DNA from: a virus
Virus record (IMG/VR): IMGVR_UViG_3300005262_000002
Length of the DNA: 49,375 nucleotides
Strand: one strand, 5' to 3'
Part shown: in pieces, positions 16,584-23,948 of the stretch
How positions within the stretch are numbered: the first letter of the stretch is position 1
Layout of the letters: each line of letters opens with the position of its first letter
Program-made: the position numbers and the translations under genes
Notes under the pieces: model-generated
What the model saw: the letters and a program-made list of their open reading frames with translations, nothing else
The model's database searches: none
What the model was told of the DNA's origin: nothing

Positions 16584-17627
16584 ATGTGGCTCTACGTCCC
16601 GAACACCTCAACATCCTCTCCATCTGCACCGGCGGAGGAGGCCTCGATCTCGGCGTCGAGCTGGCAATTCCAAGCGCTAGAACAGTCTGCATGGTCGAGA
16701 GGGAAGCCTTCGCGGTCGCGCAACTGGTATCAGCTATGGAAGCGGGCCTCATGGCTCCAGCGCCTATATGGAGCGATGCCAGAACCCTTGACGGCCGCGC
16801 ATGGCGTGGCGCTGTTGACGGCTTCATTGGTGGCATCCCGTGCCAGCCTCACAGCCTCGCCGGCAAGAAGCAAGGCAGCAACGACGCCAGAGACCTCTGG
16901 TCAACAGCCCGTCGCCTCATCATCCAGTCGCGCGCGTGGTTCGTCCTCATCGAGAATGTCGCCGGCATGCTCTCTGCGGGGGATGACGAAATCGCTGGAG
17001 CGGAGCGGGTTTACCGAGACCTTCTCAAGCTTGGCTTCCAGGTGGAGGGAGGACTGTTCACGGCGTCAGAGGGCGGCACGAGCCATCAGCGCGAGCGGGT
17101 CTTCATCCTTGGGGTGGCTGACGCCCTCTGCGAACGAGGATGCGGCCGGGACTGTGGATGGGAAGATGCAACGGATGCTCACTCACCAAGCGAAAGAAGC
17201 CTCCGATCAATGGGCAACGCCGCGGGTGTCGTCGGAGAGGACATCATCGATCGCTCTGGAAAGGCCGGACAGCGTGTCGTCACTCTCGATCGCTCAACAG
17301 GCGGAAATCGTCATGGGGGAGGTGCCGAGGGAAATCTACCTCGTGAGCGAAAAGACACAGCGACGGCTTGGATTCGACCCATCTTCCCTCCCGGCCCAGC
17401 CGATCGAGACGGATGGAGAAGTATCCTCGAAAGAGCCCCGGAGCTTGAACCCGCTTTTCGTCGAGTGGCTGATGGGCTGGCCTCGAGGCTGGACATTGCT
17501 CGCGTGGACCGACTTCGCATGCTCGGCAATGGAGTTGTCCCACTTCAAGCAGCGTATGCGATCCGCACTCTTATCACTCGGCTTGCCGCAAGAGGCCCCG
17601 CCGGCGCAGCTCGCCTTGTTCGGATGA
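16584..17627 (+). CDS. Full-length +1-frame ORF overlapping the C5-methylase gene (frame B, 347 aa)
   Basis: ATG directly after the dnaB-like stop (TGAATG). No stop for 347 codons. WLTPSANED, WATPRVSSERT and LNPLFVEWLMGWPRGWT. Codon-position GC favours this frame distal to about 17110. Confidence 0.45.
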   Translation: MWLYVPNTSTSSPSAPAEEASISASSWQFQALEQSAWSRGKPSRSRNWYQLWKRASWLQRLYGAMPEPLTAAHGVALLTASLVASRASLTASPARSKAATTPETSGQQPVASSSSRARGSSSSRMSPACSLRGMTKSLERSGFTETFSSLASRWREDCSRRQRAARAISASGSSSLGWLTPSANEDAAGTVDGKMQRMLTHQAKEASDQWATPRVSSERTSSIALERPDSVSSLSIAQQAEIVMGEVPREIYLVSEKTQRRLGFDPSSLPAQPIETDGEVSSKEPRSLNPLFVEWLMGWPRGWTLLAWTDFACSAMELSHFKQRMRSALLSLGLPQEAPPAQLALFG

Positions 17628-17647
17628 TGGAAGGAATTGACGCATGA
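16586..17647 (+). CDS. dcm: DNA (cytosine-5) methyltransferase (frame A)
   Basis: Motif I LSICTGGGGLDLG, IV GGIPCQPHS, VI LIENV, VIII QRERVFILG, C-terminal FPPGP...RLRMLGNGVVPLQAAYA. Only a GTG start (16586) lies near motif I. Confidence 0.85.
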   Translation: MALRPEHLNILSICTGGGGLDLGVELAIPSARTVCMVEREAFAVAQLVSAMEAGLMAPAPIWSDARTLDGRAWRGAVDGFIGGIPCQPHSLAGKKQGSNDARDLWSTARRLIIQSRAWFVLIENVAGMLSAGDDEIAGAERVYRDLLKLGFQVEGGLFTASEGGTSHQRERVFILGVADALCERGCGRDCGWEDATDAHSPSERSLRSMGNAAGVVGEDIIDRSGKAGQRVVTLDRSTGGNRHGGGAEGNLPRERKDTATAWIRPIFPPGPADRDGWRSILERAPELEPAFRRVADGLASRLDIARVDRLRMLGNGVVPLQAAYAIRTLITRLAARGPAGAARLVRMMEGIDA

Positions 17648-17937
17648 ATAAATTTGACGCCGGTGCCATGAAAACCCCATTGGGCTACATCGCCTTCTAT
17701 CGCCAGGTGCACCGCTCCGCCAACTTCGTTCTCCGGAACGGAAAGCACGACATCATCTTCGCAACCAAGGAAGAGGCGGAGAAGGCGGCGCTGGATGCCT
17801 TCCTCGACTATCTCAACTCGCCGATCGTCTCGGAGTCTCTCACCGGCCCGACCACCAAGCGCGCCGCGGCTAAGAAGTCGGCAGAGGCGATCTTCAGGAA
17901 GGGCAAGCGTATCCCGGTAGAGAGGGCAAGCGCATGA
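17644..17937 (+). CDS. Hypothetical protein (97 aa)
   Basis: ATGA coupling to the methylase gene. Confidence 0.55.
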   Translation: MNKFDAGAMKTPLGYIAFYRQVHRSANFVLRNGKHDIIFATKEEAEKAALDAFLDYLNSPIVSESLTGPTTKRAAAKKSAEAIFRKGKRIPVERASA

Positions 17938-18320
17938 CCATAGCTGTTCGGCAATACGCAACCGGCGCCGAGATCCACGCCAATGCAGTCGCGATCCATA
18001 AGCGGCTGATGAGCCCACGAAACGCGGTCAAGGACACGGCACTCCCCCGCCATATTCATCGCATCGAGGTCAAGCATGAGCCCGCTGATGAGCCGTTGCC
18101 GGTGAAGGAGGACGTGAAGCCCTCGGGCCCGAAATCACCCGCCGTTATGCAACGGCTAGCGGCCATCAAAGAAGTTTATGTCGAAGGCATTTCGGCAAGC
18201 AAGATCGCGGAACTGCTCGGCACGTCAAAGAACGTGATAGTTGGTTTTTATCGCCGCAATCCGGATGAACTGCGACTTTACCCATTGGTCTCTGCTCCTG
18301 GGCGGAAGGGGAAGGAATGA
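17934..18320 (+). CDS. Protein with a GcrA-type HTH at its C-terminus
   Basis: GISASKIAELLGTSKNVIVGFYRRN resembles the GcrA N-terminal HTH (GMSASQAAAKLRCSRNAVIGKAHRLG). Confidence 0.55.
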   Translation: MTIAVRQYATGAEIHANAVAIHKRLMSPRNAVKDTALPRHIHRIEVKHEPADEPLPVKEDVKPSGPKSPAVMQRLAAIKEVYVEGISASKIAELLGTSKNVIVGFYRRNPDELRLYPLVSAPGRKGKE

Positions 18321-18736
18321 TTGATCCACGCGTCATAGCCCTATGCGAGGAGTTCGGCATCGAAGTGCTGGAAAGCACCTCATACCCGAAGCTCGGGCAG
18401 ACGCGCGCCCACGGCACGATCCGGAACATGATCGACACCTTGGGCGAGGATCATGCTCGCATGGTTCTGATGACCTTGGCGGAGACCGCAAACAACAAGG
18501 CCCTGCTAGACGAGGTTGGTCTCTGGATGGCTTCGGACATGGTGAAGCGGTTTGCCCCCGAAATAGAGAAGAACGCCTCTCTGTGGCTCGATACGTGGGA
18601 CAGGATGCCGATAGGCTTCCTTCAATCCCGAGCTCATGAACTGAGAGGCGCTGTGAAGCCACGATTTGCCTTAGGTGGAATGGTATATCTGATGCTGCGG
18701 CAGGTTTACGGGCAGCCCGAGCTAGTGGAGATCTGA
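18317..18736 (+). CDS. Hypothetical protein (139 aa)
   Basis: Coupled ORF with protein-like composition. Confidence 0.55.
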   Translation: MIDPRVIALCEEFGIEVLESTSYPKLGQTRAHGTIRNMIDTLGEDHARMVLMTLAETANNKALLDEVGLWMASDMVKRFAPEIEKNASLWLDTWDRMPIGFLQSRAHELRGAVKPRFALGGMVYLMLRQVYGQPELVEI

Positions 18737-19369
18737 ATGACGCGCGAGGAAATAGCAGAACTCTTCATCCACGCGGCGGAAGTGGATCGGAGATTGCCCA
18801 ACACGGCGAGGCCGGCAAGGCTCAAGGCGCAAGCGCTGCCCTACGTCCACGACCACGTTGACCAAGCTGGATGGGGTGGCCAACGTTACGAGGAAGAGCG
18901 TCAGGCATTCTGGGAGGCTCGGTCTACCCGCCTTCAGGTCAAGGATGTCACCGACTGGGAGAGAGCAAACGATCTGATCGTCCACGTGAGCCGAGAGCGT
19001 GACCGTCGTTGCCTCTGGGCTCATAGCAAATCAAAGGTGGGCGGGATGTCGTTCAGCAAGTGGTGCCGGGACGTAGAACACATCCATCGGAACTACGGGA
19101 AAGAGTGTTCCGACCGTGCAATACATCAAATAAGCGAATATTTCATTCGAAACGCATCAATCGATGTGATGGGAGACGTTCTAGCCACCTTGCAGGAAAC
19201 CCGGGAAATCAGCCATATTCCGGTCATCATAGACGAGGCGCGACGGTGGGCATGGATGGCTCCCGGAGCATTCGTCGAAGCCGCAGACATCGAAGCTAGA
19301 GACTTCTCCTGGGCCGAAACGCAGAACGAGCGACGGCGCCAGAGACTGGCAAAGCAGACAGCGGCATAG
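18737..19369 (+). CDS. Hypothetical protein (210 aa), last gene of the early rightward operon
   Basis: Long ORF directly abutting the previous stop. Possible late regulator by position only. Confidence 0.55.
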   Translation: MTREEIAELFIHAAEVDRRLPNTARPARLKAQALPYVHDHVDQAGWGGQRYEEERQAFWEARSTRLQVKDVTDWERANDLIVHVSRERDRRCLWAHSKSKVGGMSFSKWCRDVEHIHRNYGKECSDRAIHQISEYFIRNASIDVMGDVLATLQETREISHIPVIIDEARRWAWMAPGAFVEAADIEARDFSWAETQNERRRQRLAKQTAA

Positions 19370-19513
19370 AATACCAGGGGAAGCCGACGCGCCCCAATCC
19401 ACGAAGTGCTGGATACGCAACCAGCGCCGTCGGCCAAGCCGGGAGGGTAGCCCGGCATCAGTAAGCGCCAGAGAGTCCGTCGCCGGTTTGTCACCCGGTC
19501 GGCGGGTTTCACA

Positions 19514-19780
19514 CTACCGCCGTTTCCTGCCGGCGGAATAGATGCATGTGGGCGAAGTAGTTAGATGCTTGAAGCGTGGGCCAGCTTCTTCCTTGTACGG
19601 TCGCACATAGCGCCCGCATTCTGGGCATAAAAACACAGAGGCTGAACGGTACAGCGCATCTTTTATGTCGCAGTTTTCAAGCTCACCCATTAGGTTTCGG
19701 CGTTTGGCCAACAGTAGCTTCAACGACCTAGTCTCCCAGGCAGATATCACACAGCGGATTTTCTGGATCGGAGGCTTCAT
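19514..19780 (-). CDS. Small putative zinc-ribbon protein (start uncertain: 19780 or 19690)
   Basis: CPECGRY...SPTC. Lower-GC segment. No clear RBS. Confidence 0.3.
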   Translation of the reverse strand: MKPPIQKIRCVISAWETRSLKLLLAKRRNLMGELENCDIKDALYRSASVFLCPECGRYVRPYKEEAGPRFKHLTTSPTCIYSAGRKRR

Positions 19781-19916
19781 AAGAGTGCATCGGCGACCCG
19801 CAGTGGAGGCATGTCGTACCTGTTCCTTGACGCGTCTCCCACCGACCTTTCCCTTTGATTGCCTCGTCCCGCCGCTTCATCTCTGCTTCGATCTCTTCTT
19901 TCGTAAATCCGCTCAT
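19728..19916 (-). CDS. Small zinc-ribbon protein (62 aa)
   Basis: MSGFTKEEIEAEMKRRDE...CLHCGSPM...NPLCDICLGD. GAGGGGG RBS. Confidence 0.5.
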   Translation of the reverse strand: MSGFTKEEIEAEMKRRDEAIKGKGRWETRQGTGTTCLHCGSPMHSYEASDPENPLCDICLGD

Positions 19917-20015
19917 TTCCGCCCCCTCTGTTGGTTCTTCCAATGCTCGTCATGAGAGCATGAGGGAGACGACAGCGCAAGTATGGCATGCTGGGGGAGA
20001 TCGGAGAGGAGCGCC

Positions 20016-20147
20016 ATGTCGAATTTCTATCGGACGCTCCTTATCCTCTCCATTGTCATAGCAGGCGCTATCATTTTCGCCGCCGTCCTGTCGGCATGCC
20101 AGGCGCCACAGGTGTGCAAGAACTGCTGGGTGGCTATCGGCGACTAG
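20016..20147 (+). CDS. 43-aa putative lipoprotein (not in the supplied ORF track)
   Basis: GGAGAGGAG RBS. MSNFYRTLLILSIVIAGAIIFAAVLSACQAPQVCKNCWVAIGD with an LSAC lipobox. Confidence 0.4.
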   Translation: MSNFYRTLLILSIVIAGAIIFAAVLSACQAPQVCKNCWVAIGD

Positions 20148-20368
20148 CTCTCGCCCCGGGCAAGACGCTCGTCGATCTGGGAGATTATATCCTCAAGGAT
20201 CGCCTTCTGACGCTCAAAGATCGATATGCTGCCGGCGGTGGTGTCCACCTCTCCGGTCCCCGGTCGCCTTTCGGTTGACGTGAGGATGCCCTCATTCATC
20301 AGGGTGAGGGTCGCATCGATCTCAGACACTTGTTCTGCATAGTACGCACGGCGTTCTTCGAGGTTCAT
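20144..20368 (-). CDS. Hypothetical protein (74 aa)
   Basis: Start MNLEERR after GGGAG. Its stop overlaps the lipoprotein ORF stop (CTAG). Confidence 0.4.
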   Translation of the reverse strand: MNLEERRAYYAEQVSEIDATLTLMNEGILTSTERRPGTGEVDTTAGSISIFERQKAILEDIISQIDERLARGES

Positions 20369-20575
20369 TGAAGGCTCCCATTTGAAAATGCGCGGCATGA
20401 GAGCATGGCTCCAACACTCGCGCAAGGTAACCATTTCGCGGCCATACTCCGGGCGGCCCAACCAGCGACCGCCAACAAGACTACGCTCGTCCCTAAGAAG
20501 GACGCCGGGGCCGCAACGAGACATCATCGCCGGCGCAAGCGGGTAGGCTGGACCCACCACTCAAGAGGAAACCCG

Positions 20576-20713
20576 ATGAAGAAGCCATCGCTCACTGCGG
20601 CGAAGCGGAAGATCGCGGCCGCAAAGAACGCCAAGCCGAAGACACAGGCGGAATGGTCAAAGGTCATCAAGATCGCCGAGTCCGTCCTGAAGTCGGCCGG
20701 CATCAAGTCTTAA
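20576..20713 (+). CDS. Small basic protein (45 aa)
   Basis: AGAGGAAA RBS. MKKPSLTAAKRKIAAAKNAKPKTQ... Confidence 0.4.
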   Translation: MKKPSLTAAKRKIAAAKNAKPKTQAEWSKVIKIAESVLKSAGIKS

Positions 20714-20726
20714 AGGAGATCACGGC

Positions 20727-20996
20727 ATGCCAGCGAGAGACGAATTCGGCAATCCGGGGAATATTCCCACGGCTCCGGCCTACAATTTCGCCGCCATCTC
20801 CCCGAGCGATTCCACCGATCTCACGTATCTGACCCGGTACGTCTATGTCGGCGTTACCGGCGACGTCATAGCTGTTGATCGCAACAACAATGCGGTCACG
20901 TTCAAGGCTGTCCCCGCCGGGACAACGATCCCCATTCGCGTCAGGCGCATCAACTCCACGGGCACGACGGCAAGCAGCCTCGTCGCTCTCTGGTGA
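20727..20996 (+). CDS. RcGTA head-spike-base-like protein (Rcc01079 family)
   Basis: ISPSDSTDLTYLTRYVYVGVTGDV...VPAGTTIPIRVRRINSTGTTASSLVAL matches my recollection of that family pattern. Confidence 0.5.
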   Translation: MPARDEFGNPGNIPTAPAYNFAAISPSDSTDLTYLTRYVYVGVTGDVIAVDRNNNAVTFKAVPAGTTIPIRVRRINSTGTTASSLVALW

Positions 20997-21036
20997 CCAC
21001 TTCCACTAGCAACAGCAAACACAAAGGAAGCTCCCC

Positions 21037-21429
21037 ATGGCAGGCAGACATTCACTCTACGGCCGCTCTCTCGCGATCGACGCATCGTCCGGCGGGATCG
21101 TATCCGATGACGGCACCAAGACGGCAACAGCAACCGGCACCGGCGCCACCGGCACGGCCACGCTGCACAAGACACAGGGCAAGGTCACGACCGGCGCGCT
21201 CACGACCGCTGCAGCCGCAACCCACGTCCTGACCCTGACCAACTCCAAGATCGCTGCAGGCGATACGGTTCTCGTCACGGTCGGAAAGGGTACGGCCACC
21301 ACGGGCACGCCCACCGTCGCTGATGTCACCCCGGCCAACGGCTCGGTCGTCATCACCCTGCAGAACATCCACGCAAGCGCGGCCATCAACGGCACGCTGG
21401 TCGTCGGCTTCCTCGTCCTGAAGCCATAA
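21037..21429 (+). CDS. Thr/Gly/Ala-rich beta-type protein, possible head-spike fibre partner
   Basis: 130 aa, directly downstream of the spike-base-like gene. Function is inferred from position only. Confidence 0.35.
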   Translation: MAGRHSLYGRSLAIDASSGGIVSDDGTKTATATGTGATGTATLHKTQGKVTTGALTTAAAATHVLTLTNSKIAAGDTVLVTVGKGTATTGTPTVADVTPANGSVVITLQNIHASAAINGTLVVGFLVLKP

Positions 21430-21442
21430 GGAGCGCTCGCCC

Positions 21443-21655
21443 ATGAAGGCCGCATACAAGAAACTGGTCTCGGCAGCCGCCGCGGCCCGCAAGGCTCTCA
21501 ATGAGGCGAAGGCCAAGGCTGAAAAGCTGCAGGCATCCCTCGACGAAAGCAAGGTCGAGATCGTCAAGCTCGCGGCCACCCTCAGCGAGATCGAACACGA
21601 GGCTGCCGAGAGCGGTCTCGCCGTATCCGATCTCCACAAGTCCATCAAAGGCTGA
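21443..21655 (+). CDS. Small coiled-coil protein (70 aa)
   Basis: Heptad-like KALNEAKAKAEKLQASLDESKVEIVKL. Confidence 0.5.
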   Translation: MKAAYKKLVSAAAAARKALNEAKAKAEKLQASLDESKVEIVKLAATLSEIEHEAAESGLAVSDLHKSIKG

Positions 21656-21680
21656 AGCATAGGCTTGGAGGCAACAAGCT

Positions 21681-21890
21681 ATGACGGACGAAGAAAAGGA
21701 AATCGCCCACGTGACCGGCTTCATCAAAGTCACGAGCGTGGTCGCCCCGGAAGAGGCCCGTTGGATCAGGATGTCGTCGATCACGACTGTCATCCCCAAT
21801 GAGCGCGGCTTCATTATCGACGGCCCGAGCCTCGTATCGTTCATGTGTCGGGAGAACCCGCTCGAGCTGATCGCAGCGGCGCAGGTGTAG
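21681..21890 (+). CDS. Hypothetical protein (69 aa)
   Basis: Compact ORF upstream of terS. Confidence 0.45.
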   Translation: MTDEEKEIAHVTGFIKVTSVVAPEEARWIRMSSITTVIPNERGFIIDGPSLVSFMCRENPLELIAAAQV

Positions 21891-21894
21891 GTCT

Positions 21895-22386
21895 ATGGCA
21901 GCTCCAAAAGGAAACAAGTTCGCCGTCGGCAATAACGGCGGACGCCCGACGAAGTACGATCCCTCGTATTGCGACGCCGTTGTCGAGCACATGAAGGAAG
22001 GCGCGAGCCTGACATCCTTCGCTGCCTCGATCGGAGTCCACCGCGGAACGATCAACGAATGGATCGATTCCCAATATGAGTTTTCCGAGGCCGTAAAAAA
22101 GGGCAAGGCTTTTTGCGCTGCCTGGTGGGAAGAATTGGGCCGGAAAAACGCCAAGGAAGGCGGCGGAAACGCGACCCTCGTCATCTTCGGTTTGAAGAAC
22201 ATGGCCCGGGAAGACTGGCGCGAACGCCATGAGGTAGAGCACTCCGGTCCAAACGGTGGAGCTATCCCGATCGAAGAGACAACCCGCTCGCCCCGCAACC
22301 TTGCGAGAGAGATCGCATTCGGCCTCGCTGCTGGTATGCGCGCTGCCAAGGAGAGCGATGAGCAGAAGACAGGCGAGCAAGAGTGA
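21895..22386 (+). CDS. terS: Terminase small subunit
   Basis: APKGNKFAVGNNGGRPTKYDPSYCDAVVEHMKEGASLTSFAASIGVHRGTINEW. Confidence 0.8.
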   Translation: MAAPKGNKFAVGNNGGRPTKYDPSYCDAVVEHMKEGASLTSFAASIGVHRGTINEWIDSQYEFSEAVKKGKAFCAAWWEELGRKNAKEGGGNATLVIFGLKNMAREDWRERHEVEHSGPNGGAIPIEETTRSPRNLAREIAFGLAAGMRAAKESDEQKTGEQE

Positions 22387-23945
22387 GCGCTTCCGGCACG
22401 CTCGACGACATCCTCAAGAGCTTCAACGCGCTGCCTGAGGAGAAGCAGACAGAAATACTCTCTGCTGCCCACCAGCTAAGGGACGGGCGCAAATGGCTGC
22501 CTAACCCCGGCCCACAGACGGAAGCTTACTTCTCGGAAGCCGACGAGCTGTTCTATGGCGGTGGTGCTGGAGGAGGGAAGTCGGCTCTGCTTTGCGGTGC
22601 CGCCGTTAACGAGCACCAGAACACGCTTATCCTCCGCCGAGTGGGTAAGAACCTCCGAGGCATCAAACGCGAGCTGCGGACGATCCTCGGGTCATACGAT
22701 GGCTTCAATGATCAGGCGGGCATCTGGCGCCATCCTCGCGGCGTCATCGACCTCGGCCACTGCGAGCATGAGAGCAATAAGGAAGACTATCAGGGCGTCC
22801 CTCACGACCTGAAGGGCTTCGACGAAATCACACAGTTCACGGAAAGCCAGTACACCTACATCATAGGCTGGAACCGATCGGCGGACCCGAAACAACGCTG
22901 CAGGGTGATCGCGACAGGCAACCCACCGACAACCGCCGAAGGGCAATGGGTAACAAAGCGCTGGGGCGCATGGCTCAACCCGAACCACCCGAACCCGGCA
23001 AAGCCCGGTGAACTGCGCTGGTATACGACCATTGATGGCGACGACATCGAGGTGACGCGGGACTACATCGGCCCGAATGGCGAGAAGCCTCGCTCTCGTA
23101 CCTTCATCCCGGCCCTGCTTGAAGACAACCCAGACCTCGCAGAGACCGGATATGCAGCCGTCATCGAGGCCATGCCCGAACCGCTGCGCACAATGATGCG
23201 CTCCGGCCGGTTCGATGTGGCCACGCAGGATGCAGCCTTCCAGGTCATCCCGACGCAATGGATCCTGCAGGCTCAGTCCAGATGGACGCCAAAGGCGCCT
23301 GACCGGATGGGCATGACGGTTCTTAGCCATGACGTGGCGTTGGGTGGTGGAGATGCCAATACCTACGCCCGCAGGCACGGCCATTGGTACGATGAAGTGG
23401 TGTCGGAGCGGCTTAAGGGCGAAGTCGATCCGATAGACCTGGCAGCGCGCACCGTGTCGCTGATGCGCGACGGCTGCGATGTCGTGATCGATATGGGTGG
23501 CGGCTATGGCTCCGGCGTTTACTCGCACCTGAAGCACAACGTCGTCGGCATCCGGCTTCACAGCCACAATGGCTCGGACAAGAGCGGCAAGCGAACGAGA
23601 GACGGAAAGCTCAAGTTCGCCAACAAGCGATCTGAGGTGCACTGGCGCTTCAGGGAGGCATTGGAGCCGAACCTCGGCGAGCCTGTGGCTCTACCTCCTG
23701 ACGCCGAACTGCTGGCCGATCTCGCTGCCCCGACGTGGAAGCTTACGGCAAGCGGAATCCTGATCGAGTCCAAGCTCGACATCAAGAAGCGCCTCGGCCG
23801 CTCTCCCGACAAGGGGGACGCGGTTGTGAACGCCTGGGCCTACGGCGAAAGCGCCGTCGAAGTCCGCATCAAGACGCACAGTGCAAGCAATGGGCGCAAG
23901 CCTACCGTCAACTTGGGCCACGCGGCCATGAAGAAGAGGAGATAG
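22383..23945 (+). CDS. terL: Terminase large subunit
   Basis: GTG start overlapping the terS stop. Walker A YGGGAGGGKSAL. 520 aa. Confidence 0.88.
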   Translation: MSASGTLDDILKSFNALPEEKQTEILSAAHQLRDGRKWLPNPGPQTEAYFSEADELFYGGGAGGGKSALLCGAAVNEHQNTLILRRVGKNLRGIKRELRTILGSYDGFNDQAGIWRHPRGVIDLGHCEHESNKEDYQGVPHDLKGFDEITQFTESQYTYIIGWNRSADPKQRCRVIATGNPPTTAEGQWVTKRWGAWLNPNHPNPAKPGELRWYTTIDGDDIEVTRDYIGPNGEKPRSRTFIPALLEDNPDLAETGYAAVIEAMPEPLRTMMRSGRFDVATQDAAFQVIPTQWILQAQSRWTPKAPDRMGMTVLSHDVALGGGDANTYARRHGHWYDEVVSERLKGEVDPIDLAARTVSLMRDGCDVVIDMGGGYGSGVYSHLKHNVVGIRLHSHNGSDKSGKRTRDGKLKFANKRSEVHWRFREALEPNLGEPVALPPDAELLADLAAPTWKLTASGILIESKLDIKKRLGRSPDKGDAVVNAWAYGESAVEVRIKTHSASNGRKPTVNLGHAAMKKRR

Positions 23946-23948
23946 CCC

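Noticed and set aside
16478-16585. Upstream ATG start (16478) for the C5 methylase
   Set aside because: It would overlap dnaB by 106 nt and add 36 non-conserved residues before motif I. GTG 16586 downstream of AGGAG is more plausible. An ATG-less start is itself part of the dual-frame observation.
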